In this document: one piece after another, positions 61,865 through 64,000 of the stretch | How the letters are laid out: each line of letters opens with the position of its first letter | Numbering within the stretch: position 1 is the first letter of the stretch | Assembly: GCA_030704615.1 (NCBI GenBank) | Contig: CM060733.1 | Span: 4,712,001 to 4,776,000, forward strand | Length of the DNA stretch: 64,000 nucleotides | Reading direction: 5' to 3' | Source: Takakia lepidozioides | Lineage: Eukaryota > Plantae > Bryophyta | Translations under genes and position numbers: made by a program | The notes under the pieces: model-generated | Told to the model about the DNA's origin: nothing | Databases searched by the model: none | Seen by the model: only the letters and a program-made list of their open reading frames with translations

Positions 61865-62117
61865 CCACCAATCGGTAGCTTAGTGCCACCCAGGTGATTC
61901 TGGGTTCACCTCCTGCTACCTTGCCGGGTGTGGTATACCTAATCTTCTCCCCTTTCCCTTCCCTTGGGCGGTGTCCCTAGAGCCTTGTGCTCGGCGCCTC
62001 ATTTGGCGAGGTTAATATGAAAGAGGTTAATTTTCTCCTCTCACTAATTAAGGCACCTGATTTGTGAGCGGTTGCTGCCGGGTATTTTCCTTTAAAATTT
62101 AATAAAAAGTAAAAAAT
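61865..62117 (+). mobile_element. diverged copy of the tRNA-derived SINE
   Basis: Body matches the 38050/41560 family (GGGTGTGGTAT, GAGGTTA.TTTTCTCCTCTC, CCTGATTTGTGAGC) and has an A-rich tail. Confidence 0.75.
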
Positions 62118-62801
62118 AGTATACTGAGTGTCGCCGAGATGGGTCCGGGTTCAAATTTTTCTACCTTGTGAGATGTGGTATATTCATCTTCTCCCCACTT
62201 CTCCCCATGAGGCTTGTGCTCACCTTGTGATGGCCCAATCTCTCCTCATCCTTAATTTGCCTATTTCATCCATGCGACGATACTCATTCATCCGTATAAA
62301 TTTTTGGCTTAAGTACCGTTAAACAATTACACTCATGGTTAGTCTAGGGGATAGTTAGCTAGATGGCAGCATCCATGCCCTCCATTTAATCTATGGCTGC
62401 AAATAGGTGCCGCGGGTTCAGCCTGTTGCGCCTCGCCACACGGCATGCAAGCAAGCAGCTAGGGTTTGTATAAAGACGGCGGCCTAACACAGCTCAAGGC
62501 AGCATGTGTACTCTGGTGTTACTGTACATGTGAAGCTTTTGAACAGGCAGTGGATGAGAACTTTGGGTCACTGGGAATTTGCGGAAAATAGCAAAGTGGC
62601 TTTCTTGGACAATGATTCGAGCCTCGACAAGAGATATCTAGGAAAAGGTCTCTGGTTCAAATCTGGTCGTAGGTTTGTGGAAAGAAAATGATTAATAAGC
62701 TTAGATGACTCAGATGACAGTGGACACTTGCCAAGCCATCGGCATAGGCTTTCTTGGAACCTCGACGGGAGATATATCAATATGATTGGATATATTACTA
62801 T

Positions 62802-64000
62802 TCAATAAATTGATGGAAAGAAATAAGTGGGACCTTGATATGGGAGACGCACTTGGATACATATAAGGAGATTGCACACTACGCTTAGATGGGCTCGATA
62901 TGTGAGAGGCATATTGGAGACGCCCTTGGATACATAGGAAATTGCACTTGGGCTTAGATGACATTGGATACTTGGGCCTCTACATGGGAGATACACTTGG
63001 ATACATAGAAGATTACACGTGGGCTTAGATGGGTCTTGACAACATGGGAGATGCACTTGCAACATTCCAGCCGCACTTTTCGCCAGGATATCAACGAGCT
63101 GCCCTTTGCACATATGAAGAGCAGATCGGGCATGTGCCTCCAGGTATTTGTCATAACCTACAATGCAAAGTATGTCCGCGAATTCTTGTTCCAATGAGGC
63201 TGAGACCTCCAGAGGTGCCTCGTCGTAGGGGAAGTCGTCCGGAGGATGTCTTTCCATGAACTGATTGGATTCGTCGTTGCCGCCGGCACCATTGCCCAAG
63301 AGCAAGTTAGGTAATCCTCCATGAATGGTTCCCAGCGTCGTGCCACAAGCGTGCACAAAGAGGCCATCCTGCAGGTCAGGGTGAAGCATCTTCAGGACAC
63401 GGACCTGATGCTTGCATAAGTTTCTCTTCATTGCCCATGGGCACGTGCAACAACCCCAATCGCAATCAGGATTGTAAACAATGTATGTTGTGCCGGGGTG
63501 GTTGCTGCTGAGAACGTAGGCTGGTTCATCAGGACCCAAGGGAAGAGTAACATTCTCAGCAGGAATGTCTCGTGCCGCAAGTATAGAACTGGATATGTAC
63601 TTTTCGTGTTTGTCATTTCTTATGAACCCGTGGGTCTTCAAATGGATTGTGTACCATTAGTGTGTTAGCACACGGCCAGTGAGTTCCCATATAAGCCAGT
63701 CCACTCTACGACCACTCATCTTGCCTTTCCCCATGACAAGTCTTGCCTTCAGATTTCCATGGTATGCCTCAATGCTTGCGTTTGTGTCTTGGCTCGCATG
63801 AGGGACATGGCGGGCTGCTGTACACCACATTGCTATTTTGGGCTTCCAGTACTGTTTGATATAGTCAAGAAATTCATGTCCTTTCGGGTATTTTGACCTT
63901 ATACGACGGATTCTCCTTGCAACCCACCGAAGCGTTCTTTTCTCGTTGCGTGGTCCTCCTCTACAGTACATGAGGTCTCCCATATCCTTCAACAAGTTTA
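62802..64000 (-). mobile_element. Mutator (MULE)-type transposase C-terminal part with SWIM zinc finger; in-frame stop at 63657; runs off the window
   Basis: TNASIEAYHGNLK (catalytic E region) and CTCPWAMKRNLCKH (SWIM). Short tandem repeats of the ATGGGAGATACACTTGGATACATA type at about 62835-63060. Confidence 0.85.

Overview
Eukaryotic nuclear DNA from a land plant, most likely a non-seed plant. That is an inference from a PLS-DYW PPR cluster, an intron-containing LysM/M23 plastid-peptidoglycan-type gene and two flagellar-type genes. Bases 1-16,500 are AT-rich and full of decayed DNA transposons (Harbinger, hAT and CACTA-type MITEs, a Helitron-type Rep remnant, palindromic tandem repeats). 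Bases 16,500-27,400 hold a rearranged cluster of PLS-class PPR/DYW RNA-editing-factor genes, mostly pseudogenes. Next come a phi-class GST, the LysM-LysM-M23 gene, a 6-exon putative flagellar protein gene, and a convergent multi-exon repeat-protein gene whose introns contain nested retroelements. The window ends with L1 fragments, tRNA-derived SINEs, a hAT MITE and a MULE/SWIM transposase. The standout is a young 364-bp non-coding LTR retrotransposon (TRIM) at 47700-48063. Each of its 144-bp LTRs carries a complete tRNA-like cloverleaf with intact Pol III A/B boxes, and its PBS and PPT each sit in a predicted hairpin loop. All calls were made by eye; no database searches or folding programs were run.
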